Assembly: GCA_002699125.1 (NCBI GenBank)
Contig: PABI01000032.1
Location: 15,588-79,587, forward strand
DNA: 64,000 nt
Direction: 5' to 3'
From: Anaerolineaceae bacterium
GTDB lineage: Bacteria > Chloroflexota > Anaerolineae > Promineifilales > Promineifilaceae
The notes under the pieces are model-generated. The model searched no databases, was not told the DNA's origin, and was given only the letters and a program-made list of their open reading frames with translations. A program made the position numbers and the translations under genes. How positions within the stretch are numbered: the first letter of the stretch is position 1; each line of letters opens with the position of its first letter. Below are positions 1 through 9,858 of the stretch, piece by piece.

Positions 1-419
1 ACGGCCTGGGCCAACCGGGCGTGCTGCTGCACGGCGTAGCCACTCGCCCCGGCAAGCCTACTATCGTCGGCGTGGTGAACGGCAAGCCGGTGCTGGGGCT
101 GCCCGGCAACCCTGTCTCGGCGATGGTGCAGTTTGATATGTTTGGCGTGCCCGCCATTTACCATTTGCAGGGCGTAAAAAAGATGCCCCGCCGTGGGCTG
201 GTCTGGGCCCAGCTCAGCCAAAACATCGCCAGCGAAAGCGGCCGGGAAGATTATGTGCCTGCCCGCCTGGAAGACAGTGCCGACGGTCTGCGCGCCATCC
301 CTGTTTTTGGCAAAAGCAACCTCATTTATACCCTCGTCAATGCCGACGGACTGATTAGGGTGCCGCTGAACAAGGGTGGCCTGCTGGCCGGCGAATGGGT
401 GGAAGTTCGTCTGTTTTAA
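1..419 (+). CDS. moeA: Molybdopterin molybdenumtransferase MoeA, C-terminal part (5' end off-window)
   Basis: Frame is open from the window edge. The translation ...LLHGVATRPGKPTIVGVVNGKPVLGLPGNPVSAMVQF... carries the conserved MoeA KPGKP / GLPGNPVS signature. Stop TAA at 417-419. Confidence 0.85.
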   Translation, partial: GLGQPGVLLHGVATRPGKPTIVGVVNGKPVLGLPGNPVSAMVQFDMFGVPAIYHLQGVKKMPRRGLVWAQLSQNIASESGREDYVPARLEDSADGLRAIPVFGKSNLIYTLVNADGLIRVPLNKGGLLAGEWVEVRLF

Positions 420-423
420 GAAG

Positions 424-463
424 AACACCCTTGCCTACATTTGCAGACAAGGGTGTTTTTATT
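424..463 (+). terminator. Rho-independent terminator after moeA (sits between convergent genes)
   Basis: Perfect 10-bp stem AACACCCTTG (424-433) / CAAGGGTGTT (448-457), 14-nt loop, followed by TTTTATT. Confidence 0.6.
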
Positions 464-504
464 GGCTACCTGATCAATTCAGGCAAGTTAAGATTTGTTG
501 AAAC

Positions 505-1737
505 TTAAGGCGCAGTGGCGGTAAACAAAATGGGCAGGTCGGTAACGACCTCGGCACATTTGTCATGGTTGCCGACGTTTGGACCGGCAACAAAGACCAG
601 TGAATCCCACTCACCTTCTGAACCGACACAGCTGATCTCGCTACCAATTGACAGTTCCATGGCATCGACCTCAGCGCTTAAACCGCCATCGGCTGTAACG
701 GAGGCACTGCCGGTGCCGTTGTCTTGCCCATTGTAGAATACTGTTTGGCCAAAGCTGGTGGGTTCCAACAATCCAGCAGAGTTGAATTCCGTACCAACCA
801 GAATGTTCAAGGTAGCGGTATCACCTACGGCAATTGTGCCTGCGTCCCAGGTCAACGATTCTTTAACCATGCCGTCAAACGGATCGGATACAGGCATGAT
901 GATGACATTGCCTGGATCGTCTGTTTCAAATGGCTGGGCTTCGTTGCTGAACGTGTCCTCTACAACGACGTTGGTCAGTTCTGTACCGCCACAATTTTCT
1001 ATTTTGATGGTCACCAGGAAGTAGAAGAGGTTTTCTTCATCGCCATTGTTTTCACCTTGAACGGCTACCGGGATAATGCCATCAGACAAGAACAGATCGT
1101 CTGAAGTGCGGAAGGGGCCATCTAACGTTTTGGTCAGCTTCAGGCAGGGCTCTGCCGGAACGGTTGGTGTGGGCGTTGGTGGAACGGGCGTATTGGTTGG
1201 CGTTGGTGGAATCGGTGTGTTAGTTGGTGTTGGTGGAATTGGTGTGTTGGTTGGCGTTGTTGAGGGTTGTGGTGTGTTTGTCGCCGTTGGTATTGGTGTG
1301 TTGGTGGGTGTATTGGTCGGCGTAGGCTGTGTGCCATCACACGGGCCAAGCGTGGCAATAACCTTCATGTCGTTGGACTGTGCGCCAATATTGATTGTGC
1401 TGGTCAATGGGAACGTGATTCCGAGTTCAGCGTAATCGAGCGGAATCACCACGGTTTCGTTGGCCTCCAGGGGGACGGTAATGATGTAATATTCGCCCAA
1501 GACGATCAGGCGGATGGCTTCTTCTCCAGCCTCGTCTGAAAGGTTAATCACGGTCAGAGAACCGCTTTCACAATTTAAATCTAGAATTAATCGTGTCACG
1601 ATCTGATTGCCTGCTGGCCGCGTGGCGTCGGGGTCGCCGTTGGCACTGGCAAAGTTTACTTGCCAGGAACCCAGGACAAGCAGGGCAATAAGCCCTGTTA
1701 GCAACAGCAGTAATGTTGGCTTAGTTTTATTTTGCAT
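505..1737 (-). CDS. Secreted hypothetical protein with Pro/Thr-rich linker
   Basis: 410-aa ORF with an N-terminal signal-like hydrophobic stretch (KPTLLLLLTGLIALLVLGSW) and a central PT-rich linker. No catalytic motif recognised. Opposite-strand ORFs here are low-complexity artefacts. Confidence 0.7.
   Translation of the reverse strand: MQNKTKPTLLLLLTGLIALLVLGSWQVNFASANGDPDATRPAGNQIVTRLILDLNCESGSLTVINLSDEAGEEAIRLIVLGEYYIITVPLEANETVVIPLDYAELGITFPLTSTINIGAQSNDMKVIATLGPCDGTQPTPTNTPTNTPIPTATNTPQPSTTPTNTPIPPTPTNTPIPPTPTNTPVPPTPTPTVPAEPCLKLTKTLDGPFRTSDDLFLSDGIIPVAVQGENNGDEENLFYFLVTIKIENCGGTELTNVVVEDTFSNEAQPFETDDPGNVIIMPVSDPFDGMVKESLTWDAGTIAVGDTATLNILVGTEFNSAGLLEPTSFGQTVFYNGQDNGTGSASVTADGGLSAEVDAMELSIGSEISCVGSEGEWDSLVFVAGPNVGNHDKCAEVVTDLPILFTATAP
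1147..1332 (-). repeat. Coding tandem repeat (TNTPIPPTP-type PT linker)
   Basis: Near-identical ~27-nt units (ggtgttggtggaat(t/c)ggtgtgtt(a/g)gtt) encode TPTNTPIPPTPTNTPIPPTPTNTPVPPTP. Confidence 0.7.
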
Positions 1738-2078
1738 TTTGGGATCTCCATTCTTTCTTTGTATTGTGAGTTGTTGAGTAGAATTGAGTACAGATCAGCC
1801 TGATGTTTTCAGGCATTTGCGCAAATCACAAGAAATCAGGCAACCTGTTTCAAGGTTTATTATGTGATTTGCACCACTTGCGCAAGGACAGCCCTCCTTT
1901 CCCTGGCTTCGGGCAGAAAGCGCGAAGCAACAAGGCCTGGAACGATAAATATGGCTTGCACTAATCTCTCCCAAGTTAAATGCAAATTTGTTTCTTTTTA
2001 TGGAAATTTTATTTTCAGGACACTGACGCGGGTATTGTAAGCGCGAACGGCCGTTTTCGTCAACTGGAAGCGAAAATT

Positions 2079-3065
2079 TTAAGTTAAGGATTCATCCTGG
2101 CTGCCGGCAGATAATTCCAGCGCCTTTTTTCGGCTGCGCTGTACGGTGCTTAAAATATAGACTGGGGCACCCAGGAAGCCGGAAAGCCGCTCGATGGCAA
2201 AGACAAGCAGCGTGAGGGCTACGGCTTGTTCATCGCTCAGTCCGGCGCTGGCGAACAGCAGGGGCGCCAGCCCTTCGCGAATACCTAACCCGCCGATAGA
2301 GGGCAGCAGAATTGCCAGCGAGAGGAAAGGGGTGACCAGAAAGTAGTGGGTAAACGGGACCTGGTAACCTAACGCCAGGCCAGCGGCGGCAAACCAGCCA
2401 ATTTGCATCAGGTTGAAGAGGATGGAGACGCCCATTGCCTGCCAAACGGCCGTCCAGCCACAGGCCTGCACCGCTACAATAATCCCATCAACTTTTTGCC
2501 ACGCAGGCTGCAAAAATGAGGGCAGCAATCGGCCAAGGCGGCGCACCAACCGTCCTTCCAGCATGATAAAACCGCCAATGAGACCGATGAGACAAACGGC
2601 CGTTGTTTGCCAAAACAAGGTCTGCGGAAAGTTGTCTGGCCGGAAAGGGAGGGCTGCCAATCCAATCATGAACAGGGCCAGCAAGCCGGTGGCCCGATCG
2701 ACCAGAACGGTGCCGGCGGCCGTTTTGGCGGGCACGTCCTGGGCGGCTTCGACGGCGCGCACCACATCGCCGCTAAAACCGGACGGCAGCACGGAGTTGA
2801 AGAAGTTGGCGGCAAAGTAAAGCGATACCAGACGCTGAAAGCGGATGGTTTCGCCAATGCCCCGCAGCAGCAGCAGCCAGCGATAGGCGCGCACCACCAG
2901 GCTGCTGTTGACCAACAAAAACCCAACCAGCACCCAGCCGAGATTGGCTTGCAGCAGCCGCTGGCCGGTGTCAGCGAGATCAACCTGGCGGGAAACGTAA
3001 AGCAGCGCCAGGACGGTAATGCTGATTTTGATGATGGTGCCGAGATGTTTACGCATAAATTTCAC
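2079..3065 (-). CDS. UPF0104 / lysyl-phosphatidylglycerol-synthase-TM-like (flippase-like) membrane protein
   Basis: 328-aa polytopic membrane ORF. The N-terminus (KISITVLALLYVSRQVDL...RAYRWLLLL) and overall pattern resemble the UPF0104 family that often accompanies glycosyltransferases. Family call is from memory. GTG start at 3065; an ATG lies 3 codons in. Confidence 0.7.
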   Translation of the reverse strand: MKFMRKHLGTIIKISITVLALLYVSRQVDLADTGQRLLQANLGWVLVGFLLVNSSLVVRAYRWLLLLRGIGETIRFQRLVSLYFAANFFNSVLPSGFSGDVVRAVEAAQDVPAKTAAGTVLVDRATGLLALFMIGLAALPFRPDNFPQTLFWQTTAVCLIGLIGGFIMLEGRLVRRLGRLLPSFLQPAWQKVDGIIVAVQACGWTAVWQAMGVSILFNLMQIGWFAAAGLALGYQVPFTHYFLVTPFLSLAILLPSIGGLGIREGLAPLLFASAGLSDEQAVALTLLVFAIERLSGFLGAPVYILSTVQRSRKKALELSAGSQDESLT

Positions 3066-3069
3066 GCGA

Positions 3070-3130
3070 AGAAAAACCTCCCGCAGGCTTCATAAATGAC
3101 CGGCAACTGGTCGGGAGCCTGCGGGAGGTT
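3070..3130 (-). terminator. Rho-independent terminator built from the CCTGCGGGAGGTT hairpin element
   Basis: Perfect 14-bp stem (3075-3088 pairs with 3117-3130). On the minus strand it is followed by a T-run (A-run 3070-3074 on +). It lies directly after the stop of the 3139-4134 gene. Confidence 0.65.
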
Positions 3131-3138
3131 GGAGAAGG

Positions 3139-4134
3139 TTAGAGTGGCTGCGGGCGGGGCACCTTTACTTTGGGATGGGCGATAGCCGCCGTGCGTGGTC
3201 CGGCAGCCTCTTCCTGGGCCGCGGCGGGCAGGGGGATTTCTAAACGCTGCCCGACGTACAGCTGGGCGTCCGGCTGGTTGTTGTACACCTGGATGGCGCG
3301 CCAGCGCAGCGAATCATCATAGTAGCGGCGGGCGATGCCGCTGTAGGTGTTGCCGTGTACCACGGTATGAAGCTCTACTTTTTTGCCCCAATTGCCTACA
3401 CGGTTTAGCCAGTGAACGGCCGTTTCCCCATCGCCCAAATTTGGTGCAGCGACACCTTCATAGGCGGCCAGCGACAAAATGCGGCGGCGCAGCTCGCCAT
3501 CGATGGCAATGGCGTTAAGCGCTTCTTCTCTTTCTTTTTTGATTTCGTCAGGGATGAGTTCTTCTTCAGCAACTTCACCGACAAATGGATAGCTGTAGTC
3601 GGGGATGAGACAGCCAAAATTATCGTTTTCTGTGTAATGGAAGCCGCCCCAGCCGTCCAGAAACTGTTTGTTGCTGAAGCGGAAATATTCCCCTTTGGCA
3701 CGCTGGGCCCACAGGCCAAAGAGCGGATCGTGGACAAAAACGTGCGTGTCATCATAGCCGGTGACGACCAAAAAGTGGCCGTATTCAAACTGGTTGCCGG
3801 TGAGTTTGACCCACGGCTTGTATTTCACCAGTGCAATGAAGGCGTGGCCATTGTCGATGTTTTCGCGTAAGCCTTGCAGCGCCTGGTTGGCATTGGCGTA
3901 TTTTTTGTAGGTGAGCGTGAGCTGTCCGGCGCCCCAGGCGGCGTTTTTCAGGTCAGGGATGTAGGTAAATTTGGGGCGCACGCCGATATAAGCGTACAGT
4001 TCATCCGGGGTGATGGCGACGCGCTTGCCGTTGAGCAGCATGGCGACGCTGGTCGGCCCACAATCACTGGAATGATCTTTGGCATCTTTGTCCCATTGGG
4101 AACGATACGGTATTTGCAGCTTTTTTTCGGTCAT
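3139..4134 (-). CDS. C39-like (papain-fold) peptidase domain protein with C-terminal LysM
   Basis: N-terminal IPYRSQWD...SSDCGPTSVAMLL and later HFLVVTGYDD fit a Cys/His peptidase_C39-like arrangement. C-terminal HTVVHGNTYSGIARRYY...YVGQRLEIP is a LysM motif. Confidence 0.7.
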   Translation of the reverse strand: MTEKKLQIPYRSQWDKDAKDHSSDCGPTSVAMLLNGKRVAITPDELYAYIGVRPKFTYIPDLKNAAWGAGQLTLTYKKYANANQALQGLRENIDNGHAFIALVKYKPWVKLTGNQFEYGHFLVVTGYDDTHVFVHDPLFGLWAQRAKGEYFRFSNKQFLDGWGGFHYTENDNFGCLIPDYSYPFVGEVAEEELIPDEIKKEREEALNAIAIDGELRRRILSLAAYEGVAAPNLGDGETAVHWLNRVGNWGKKVELHTVVHGNTYSGIARRYYDDSLRWRAIQVYNNQPDAQLYVGQRLEIPLPAAAQEEAAGPRTAAIAHPKVKVPRPQPL

Positions 4135-4283
4135 CGTTACTACTCCTCGTAAATCAGCGTCCTATTTTGTGCAGAGAAAATCAGGTTTTTGAAGGCGATT
4201 TCATATTGGTCATGTGAACGGCCGTCATTTTATCTGCTTTGTGGTGGGGTTGCCATTGTCAATGAGTGAGTATAGGGGTTTCG

Positions 4284-4313
4284 TTGTCAGATCAGTGAGC
4301 AGGCACTTATAAT
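4284..4313 (+). promoter_or_regulatory. Sigma-70-like promoter positioned for a leaderless or near-leaderless mRNA
   Basis: TTGTCA (4284-4289), 18 nt, TATAAT (4308-4313). The ATG at 4323 is only 9 nt past the -10. No Shine-Dalgarno. Confidence 0.4.
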
Positions 4314-4322
4314 CAGCCGTCT

Positions 4323-6077
4323 ATGGGAATTTTGCAGAAAAAGTTGTGGCGTTTGGTGCTGGTCGTGCTGGCAGTGTGGTTGTTTTTCTTTTTGGCGCTG
4401 GACAGCATGGTAAATGACAGCCCAACAATGGATGAACAAAACCATCTGGCGCGGGGTGCGGCGTTTGTGAAAACGGGCGATCCCCGGCTAAGTCTGGAGC
4501 ATCCGCCGCTGGTGAACAGCCTGAGCGGCCTGCCGCTGCTGCTTCTTCCCGACTTGCACTTTCCGTTTGACCATCCCAGCTGGACCGATTTACAGCCGCC
4601 GGACGTGTATTGGTATGTCTTCGCCGACCAATTTCTCTGGCAGGTCAACCAGGACGTGAAGCGCATGATTTTTCTGGGTCGGCTGCCCATTGTCTTCTTG
4701 ACGCTGGGATTGGCACTGGTGGGGTTCCACTTTGCCCGTGATTTTTGGGGACGGCCGTCTGCCACCCTTGCTTTTATTTTATTGCTGTTTGAACCGAATA
4801 TTTTGGCAAACGGCCGTCTCGTCACCACCGATTTGGGCGGCACGCTGTTCATCACCCTGGCGCTGCTGTTGATGTGGCGTTTGTGGACGGCACCAGGTTG
4901 GGCCTGGCGGCGCTGGCTGGCGGCCGGCGTGGGGCTGGGGCTGGCTTTTGGCAGCAAGCTTTCGATGTTGACGTTTGTGCCCATCTTAAGTGTACTGGCC
5001 ATTTTGCCGATGTTTAACGCGGAGGCGCATGCAATCCCGGATTGCCGGCGCAGAGGGGTTTTTCAGAGGTTGGTGCAGTTGGGTGGGGCGGGGCTGATCT
5101 CTGTTTTGGTGGTGTGGGCGATTTTTGGGTTTGAGTGGGGGATGTTTCGGTTTCCCTCGGAGACGTTTGATTTTTTGAATCGGTTCAGCGGACCGATGCC
5201 TACGTTTTGGGCGGGCGTTGATCAGATTGTGAATGTGAGCCGGGAAGGACGTATGGCCTTTTTGCAGGGCGAATCGTCTAACCAGGGCTTTTTGCTCTTT
5301 TTCCCCGTGGCATTTTTGGTGAAGACGCCGTTGGTGCTGCTGGTGGGTTTGTTGGGGTTGGTATGGTTGGGCTGGAAACGGCCTGTACTGAGCCTGCCGA
5401 AGCGGCCGTCCACTCGCCCCAAATTACTTTTCCTCTTCATCCCCGCTGTTTTGTACTTTACCGTTAGCGTCATCAGCGACATCAACATTGGTTACCGGCA
5501 TTTGCTGCCAATTTTGCCACTCATCATTGTGGGGTTGAGTGGGCTGCCGATGTATTTTGCTGGAGAAATTCAGGATAAGCGTGAGTGGTGGCGCGGCGGG
5601 GACGCCAGCCACAGCAGAGCGGTGGCGCTGGTTTTAGCGCTGGGCATTTTGCTGCCGACGCTGTGGATTCATCCGCATTATTTGAGCTATTTCAACCTGG
5701 CGGCAGGTGGTCCGGCCAACGGAGCCTCAATTTTAGCCGACAGCAGCAACGATTGGGGCCAGGATTTGCTGCGCCTGCGGGATTGGATGGCAGAAAATGA
5801 GCAGGAAACGATCAAGCTAGGTTGGTTTGGCACGGCCGATCCTGCCTATTACGGAATTAACTTTGAACCACTGCCTGGTTTCCCCAGGGCAGAATTCTTG
5901 GCCTTGTGGGCCAATCCGCCGTTTAATCCGGAAAATCCTGAACCGGGTTTGTACGCCATCAGCGCCAGCAGCCTGTGGGAAAGCCATTGGGAAGCACGGC
6001 ACGTTTATGCCTGGTTCCGCGCTCAGGAACCAACAGACCGGATTGGGTATTCGATTTATATTTATGATTTGCGTTAA
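4323..6077 (+). CDS. GT-C fold membrane glycosyltransferase (ArnT/PMT-like), paralog of 9908-12301
   Basis: 584-aa polytopic ORF with an acidic DE motif in the first loop (MDEQNHLARG). Blocks shared with 9908-12301: LANGRL(V/A)TTD, DIN(I/L)GYRHLLP, HPHYL..FN, DWGQDL, GYSI(Y/F).Y. It lacks the shared C-terminal domain. Confidence 0.8.
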   Translation: MGILQKKLWRLVLVVLAVWLFFFLALDSMVNDSPTMDEQNHLARGAAFVKTGDPRLSLEHPPLVNSLSGLPLLLLPDLHFPFDHPSWTDLQPPDVYWYVFADQFLWQVNQDVKRMIFLGRLPIVFLTLGLALVGFHFARDFWGRPSATLAFILLLFEPNILANGRLVTTDLGGTLFITLALLLMWRLWTAPGWAWRRWLAAGVGLGLAFGSKLSMLTFVPILSVLAILPMFNAEAHAIPDCRRRGVFQRLVQLGGAGLISVLVVWAIFGFEWGMFRFPSETFDFLNRFSGPMPTFWAGVDQIVNVSREGRMAFLQGESSNQGFLLFFPVAFLVKTPLVLLVGLLGLVWLGWKRPVLSLPKRPSTRPKLLFLFIPAVLYFTVSVISDINIGYRHLLPILPLIIVGLSGLPMYFAGEIQDKREWWRGGDASHSRAVALVLALGILLPTLWIHPHYLSYFNLAAGGPANGASILADSSNDWGQDLLRLRDWMAENEQETIKLGWFGTADPAYYGINFEPLPGFPRAEFLALWANPPFNPENPEPGLYAISASSLWESHWEARHVYAWFRAQEPTDRIGYSIYIYDLR

Positions 6078-6087
6078 AATCTTTAAC

Positions 6088-6205
6088 TGTCATTCTGAGT
6101 GAAACGAAGAATCCCTCTTAACCTTGTAGACAAAAACATTTCTCCGCAAGCACAGTAAACATTGTTTGAAGGTTCTAGGGATGCTTCACTCCGTTCAGCA
6201 TGACA
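6088..6205. repeat. MITE-like element with 29-nt imperfect terminal inverted repeats (GTCAT...ATCC family)
   Basis: Left arm TGTCATTCTGAGTGAAACGAAGAATCCCT (6088-6116). The reverse complement of the right arm (6177-6205) is TGTCATGCTGAACGGAGTGAAGCATCCCT, matching at 22 of 29 positions. Each arm is itself a small hairpin with compensatory T:A to G:C changes. Confidence 0.6.
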
Positions 6206-6239
6206 ATTCAGGAAGCATTCGGGAAGCATTGGAATTTTT

Positions 6240-8180
6240 GTGGATACCAGAGTAGGTACTAGGAAAAGAAAATTTGTGTGGTGGGGAACGGCCGTACTCC
6301 TACTTGCCGCTGTTTTTCGCCTGGTGCTGCTGCATGATGTGCCGCCGGGATTGTCCCAGGACGAGGTGCTGAACGCCGACATCGTGCAGTTTACTCGCGG
6401 CGGCTACCATGCGCTTTTTTTCCGCGAGGGGTATGGTCACGAGCCACTTTACCATTATTTTTCGGTGCCGTTCCAGGTGCTGCTGGGCGATAATGTGCTT
6501 TCGATACGGTTGCCGGCGGTGACGTTGGGGCTGCTGCTGGTGGCTTTGACGCTGCGCTGGGCGCGGCGCGAGTTTGGTGGGAGAACGGCCGTTCTCGCCG
6601 GAATTGGTCTAGCGGTAAGCTGGTGGCCAATTGTGTTCAGCCGCGTAGGCATCCGCCCGATTTTGGAGCCGGTGCTGCTGCTGCTGTTTGCCTGGTTTTG
6701 GCCGAAACGGCCGTATCTTGCTGGCCTGTTTTTGGGCTTGAGTTTATACAGCTACACTGGGGCCAGAGTGGTCTTTGCGATTCCAGTGCTCTTGGCAATT
6801 TATTTGTTATTCACGCAAAGGCGCAAGGAGGTAGAGAAGAGAAAGCCGGTAAGAGGAGCGCTGATTGTCTTGGCTGTGTCGTTACTGGTGGCGCTGCCGT
6901 TGTTTTTGACGCTGTGGGCGGACCCGACTTTGCAGCAGCGGGTGGATCAGTTGGCCGGGCCGCTGGAAGCGTTGCAGGCCGGCGACCCGCAGCCGATTAT
7001 GCAGAGCGTGGTAGATACCGTTGGTATTTTCAGCTTTACAGGGGATCCGCGCTGGACGTATACGCTGCCCAATAGGCCATTATTTGATTGGGGTACGGCC
7101 GTTTTCTTTTACGTCGGTTTGCTGCTGGCATTTTGGCGCTGGCGCCAGCCGCACTACGCCTTTGTGCTCATCTGGCTGGGCGTCACGCTGATTCCCAGTG
7201 CGGTCACGCCGCAGTCACCCAGTACGGTGCGGCTGGTGGGGGCGCTGCCGGTGGTTTATTTAATGGTGGGATTGGGAATTACGGCCGTTTACCATTCCCT
7301 GTCTACAATGAAAGCATTTGCCAATCAACAAAAAGCTGTTTACCTTCTGTTTACGCTGCTGCTTGTGGCATTGTTGGGTGTGAATTTGTACCGAACCATC
7401 AATGACGGTTTCATTCGTTGGCCCCAGGCCGAGACGACCCGTCTAAAGCATTATCAAACAGTTTTGCTGGATATCGCGCGCGATTGGCGGGCTCATTCCA
7501 CGGAGAATCTGGTCGTGGCCGAAGCTTTTTATGAGCCCATTGATCGTGATTCCTTGATTCGGAATTTGGGCAGCGACCCACAAGCACGGTGGGTGCAGAC
7601 GGGGCCCGAGGTGGCCGGCGCGGTGGTATTGCCTGGCGGGGGAGACGGCCGTTTCTACGTACCGGAATTTGCTTCAGTGCATCCCTCTTTACTGGCAGCC
7701 GCCGGTATCTCAACAGAGCCTCTTTTTCGCACTGAATCGCAGCCATCTTTTGCTGTTTATCACTTGCCGGTTGAACGGCCGCTTCCCGCAGTGCCGTTTG
7801 AGGCCTCGATCTCCTTTGAAAGCCGGATCAAATTAGAAGGGTATGAGCTTTTGTCGCCGGAAACCGGGGCGTTTCGCCATCTATTGACCTTTTGGCAGGT
7901 AGAAGATGCGCTGCCAGCTGACCTGAGAATTTTCATTCATGCTGTGGATGAAACAGGCAGTTTGGTGGCTCAGCATGATGGATTTGATGCGGCACCGGAG
8001 GAATTGCGGTCAGGAGATATCGTGATTCAGCATCACGTACTTGATTTGCCCGAGACGGTGGGTTCTCTGGAGTTGCAGGTTGGTCTATATACGCTTCATA
8101 ATCAGCAGCGGCTGCTGCCAGTTGGTTTTCAGAGGGATATCGTTGTTTTAACGCAGATGGTGCCCGTTGACGGAAAATAA
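6240..8180 (+). CDS. GT-C fold membrane glycosyltransferase (GT39/ArnT-like) with shared C-terminal domain
   Basis: 646-aa polytopic ORF with loop motif PPGLSQDEVLNA typical of ArnT/PMT-type enzymes. Shared C-terminal domain at 7809-8177. GTG start assumed. Confidence 0.8.
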   Translation: MDTRVGTRKRKFVWWGTAVLLLAAVFRLVLLHDVPPGLSQDEVLNADIVQFTRGGYHALFFREGYGHEPLYHYFSVPFQVLLGDNVLSIRLPAVTLGLLLVALTLRWARREFGGRTAVLAGIGLAVSWWPIVFSRVGIRPILEPVLLLLFAWFWPKRPYLAGLFLGLSLYSYTGARVVFAIPVLLAIYLLFTQRRKEVEKRKPVRGALIVLAVSLLVALPLFLTLWADPTLQQRVDQLAGPLEALQAGDPQPIMQSVVDTVGIFSFTGDPRWTYTLPNRPLFDWGTAVFFYVGLLLAFWRWRQPHYAFVLIWLGVTLIPSAVTPQSPSTVRLVGALPVVYLMVGLGITAVYHSLSTMKAFANQQKAVYLLFTLLLVALLGVNLYRTINDGFIRWPQAETTRLKHYQTVLLDIARDWRAHSTENLVVAEAFYEPIDRDSLIRNLGSDPQARWVQTGPEVAGAVVLPGGGDGRFYVPEFASVHPSLLAAAGISTEPLFRTESQPSFAVYHLPVERPLPAVPFEASISFESRIKLEGYELLSPETGAFRHLLTFWQVEDALPADLRIFIHAVDETGSLVAQHDGFDAAPEELRSGDIVIQHHVLDLPETVGSLELQVGLYTLHNQQRLLPVGFQRDIVVLTQMVPVDGK

Positions 8181-8230
8181 AGCTGTAGGTATATTTGCTT
8201 TTCATATTTTAAAAGGATTTGGAGGAAAAA

Positions 8231-9832
8231 ATGGAGTCAACAGAAAGGGAAATTAGTACGTCCAAAGGACGTTTCAAAATATTACTGACATTCATCGTAG
8301 CCATCGCTGGCTTGTTTGTATTGATTCAAACCCTGGCTATTTCAATGACGAGTGGGACAACGCCGACCTATGCGCAAGGCCCCGTTATTACCCCTACTTT
8401 AACCACAGAAGAAAAAATTCAAGAATACATTGAGGCTCATACGATTCAAGGGGACGTAATGCCAGAGGCTACCCCCGAGGCAAGTGAGGCCGTGGAAGAA
8501 CCCCAAGGTGTTGCTGACCTGGATGTTGCCTGGAGCGGCAACACGAGTATGGTCGGTAATCCCGGGACGACGGTTACCTATATGCTCACCTTGTCTAATG
8601 TGGGCAGTGAAGATGACACCTACGATATTACGGAAGCCTCTGGGTGGGCAATCTCGCTATCCGGTACATCCTTTCCAGTTACCGGCGGCTCCTCCACGCC
8701 CGTGAGTGTGACGATTACAGTGCCTCCTGCCGCGATGATTAGTGATTCGGATACGGCCGTTATCACTGCCACCTCCCAAACGGATGGAATGGTAAGTGCC
8801 GTCATAACATTAACGACAACGGCCGGTTCTGAAGTCCTGTATATGCCGATAATGTTCAAAGCCCTTCTGGCTCCAACCCTATCAGCTACCCGTCCGAACA
8901 GCGCCAATGATTGGCAAATGAACTGGACCGATAGCAACATGAATAAAACAGGATTTGAGCTGCAGCAATCCACAGACTCAACATTTGCCAGCAATGTAAC
9001 AACTTACAATTTGGCCAGCAATGTTTCTTCCCAACTGATTAACAACATCGAACCCTCCGCAAGCAACGTTTACTATTATCGTTTGCGCACCCTGGGTGAT
9101 GGCCAATCTAGTCCCTGGTCTCAGGTTGTTGCGGTTGCCGGTGCTTACTACGATGAATTTACCAGCAATCAAACAGGCTGGTCTGGTCCTAACACCTTGA
9201 AAGAAGGTATGCGACGTTTGACCTACATTGAAAAGGTGGACGCCTGGTATGAAAACAGCGACTGGTTGATTATTCGTGTGGAAGATTCTTGGGATTGGGC
9301 CATCGCCAGTCCTATGCTGCCCGCGCCAGAACCGCCCTATGTTATTGAATTTCGCTCAAAACCGGCCAATTTGGGTAACCTGGTTTCTCATGGGTTTGTC
9401 TTTGGTGGCGATTGGACCGGCGCACCTTGTCCAGATTGGAGTACCATCTTAGGCGTTTATGCCCACAAGAACTGCTTTAACCATTTCTACAATTCCAATC
9501 TCATCTGGTCTTCTGACACAGACTTGACCCTGTTGTGGGAACGCGTGGACAATCTGGTTTATTGCCCCAGCTGTGGCGGCAGCCCGTTGAAGCGGCTGGG
9601 TGATGCGTCGATTGTTTTACCTTTCCATCCCAATGCATCTGACTGGAATAGGTATCGTATAGAGGTGCGTGAATCAGATATTAAGTTCTTTATGAACGGC
9701 GATCTTCGCCTGACATATAATGACACGCGCTGGATTGACGATCCTTACTTTGGTGTGTTTGCTTCCACGGATGAATACAGTAACTCTACCTGGCGCTTTG
9801 ACTATATTCGGATAACACCTCTGGATAATTAG
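8231..9832 (+). CDS. Membrane-anchored extracytoplasmic protein (beta-sandwich modules plus ConA/LamG-like C-terminal domain)
   Basis: ATG at 8231 is preceded by GGAGGA (8221-8226). TM anchor ILLTFIVAIAGLFVLIQTLAI. CARDB/NEW3-like (TVTYMLTLSNVGSEDDTYDI) and FN3-like (YYYRLRTLGDGQSSPWS) segments. The C-terminal NRYRIEVRESDIKFFMNGDL resembles DUF1080/LamG-type jelly rolls. Domain calls are from memory. Confidence 0.7.
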   Translation: MESTEREISTSKGRFKILLTFIVAIAGLFVLIQTLAISMTSGTTPTYAQGPVITPTLTTEEKIQEYIEAHTIQGDVMPEATPEASEAVEEPQGVADLDVAWSGNTSMVGNPGTTVTYMLTLSNVGSEDDTYDITEASGWAISLSGTSFPVTGGSSTPVSVTITVPPAAMISDSDTAVITATSQTDGMVSAVITLTTTAGSEVLYMPIMFKALLAPTLSATRPNSANDWQMNWTDSNMNKTGFELQQSTDSTFASNVTTYNLASNVSSQLINNIEPSASNVYYYRLRTLGDGQSSPWSQVVAVAGAYYDEFTSNQTGWSGPNTLKEGMRRLTYIEKVDAWYENSDWLIIRVEDSWDWAIASPMLPAPEPPYVIEFRSKPANLGNLVSHGFVFGGDWTGAPCPDWSTILGVYAHKNCFNHFYNSNLIWSSDTDLTLLWERVDNLVYCPSCGGSPLKRLGDASIVLPFHPNASDWNRYRIEVRESDIKFFMNGDLRLTYNDTRWIDDPYFGVFASTDEYSNSTWRFDYIRITPLDN

Positions 9833-9858
9833 TCAGGTGCGTTTTCGAACGCCTTAAA

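Noticed and set aside
1147-1332. Non-coding VNTR or mobile repeat.
   Set aside because: The repeat is in frame within a 410-aa ORF and encodes a Pro/Thr linker of the kind common in secreted proteins.
6083-6382. 99-aa minus-strand ORF spanning the MITE-like element and the 5' end of the 6240 gene.
   Set aside because: It reads through the inverted-repeat element (the CHAERSEASL-type peptide is a known signature of such repeats) and overlaps a real CDS start. There is no support as a gene.
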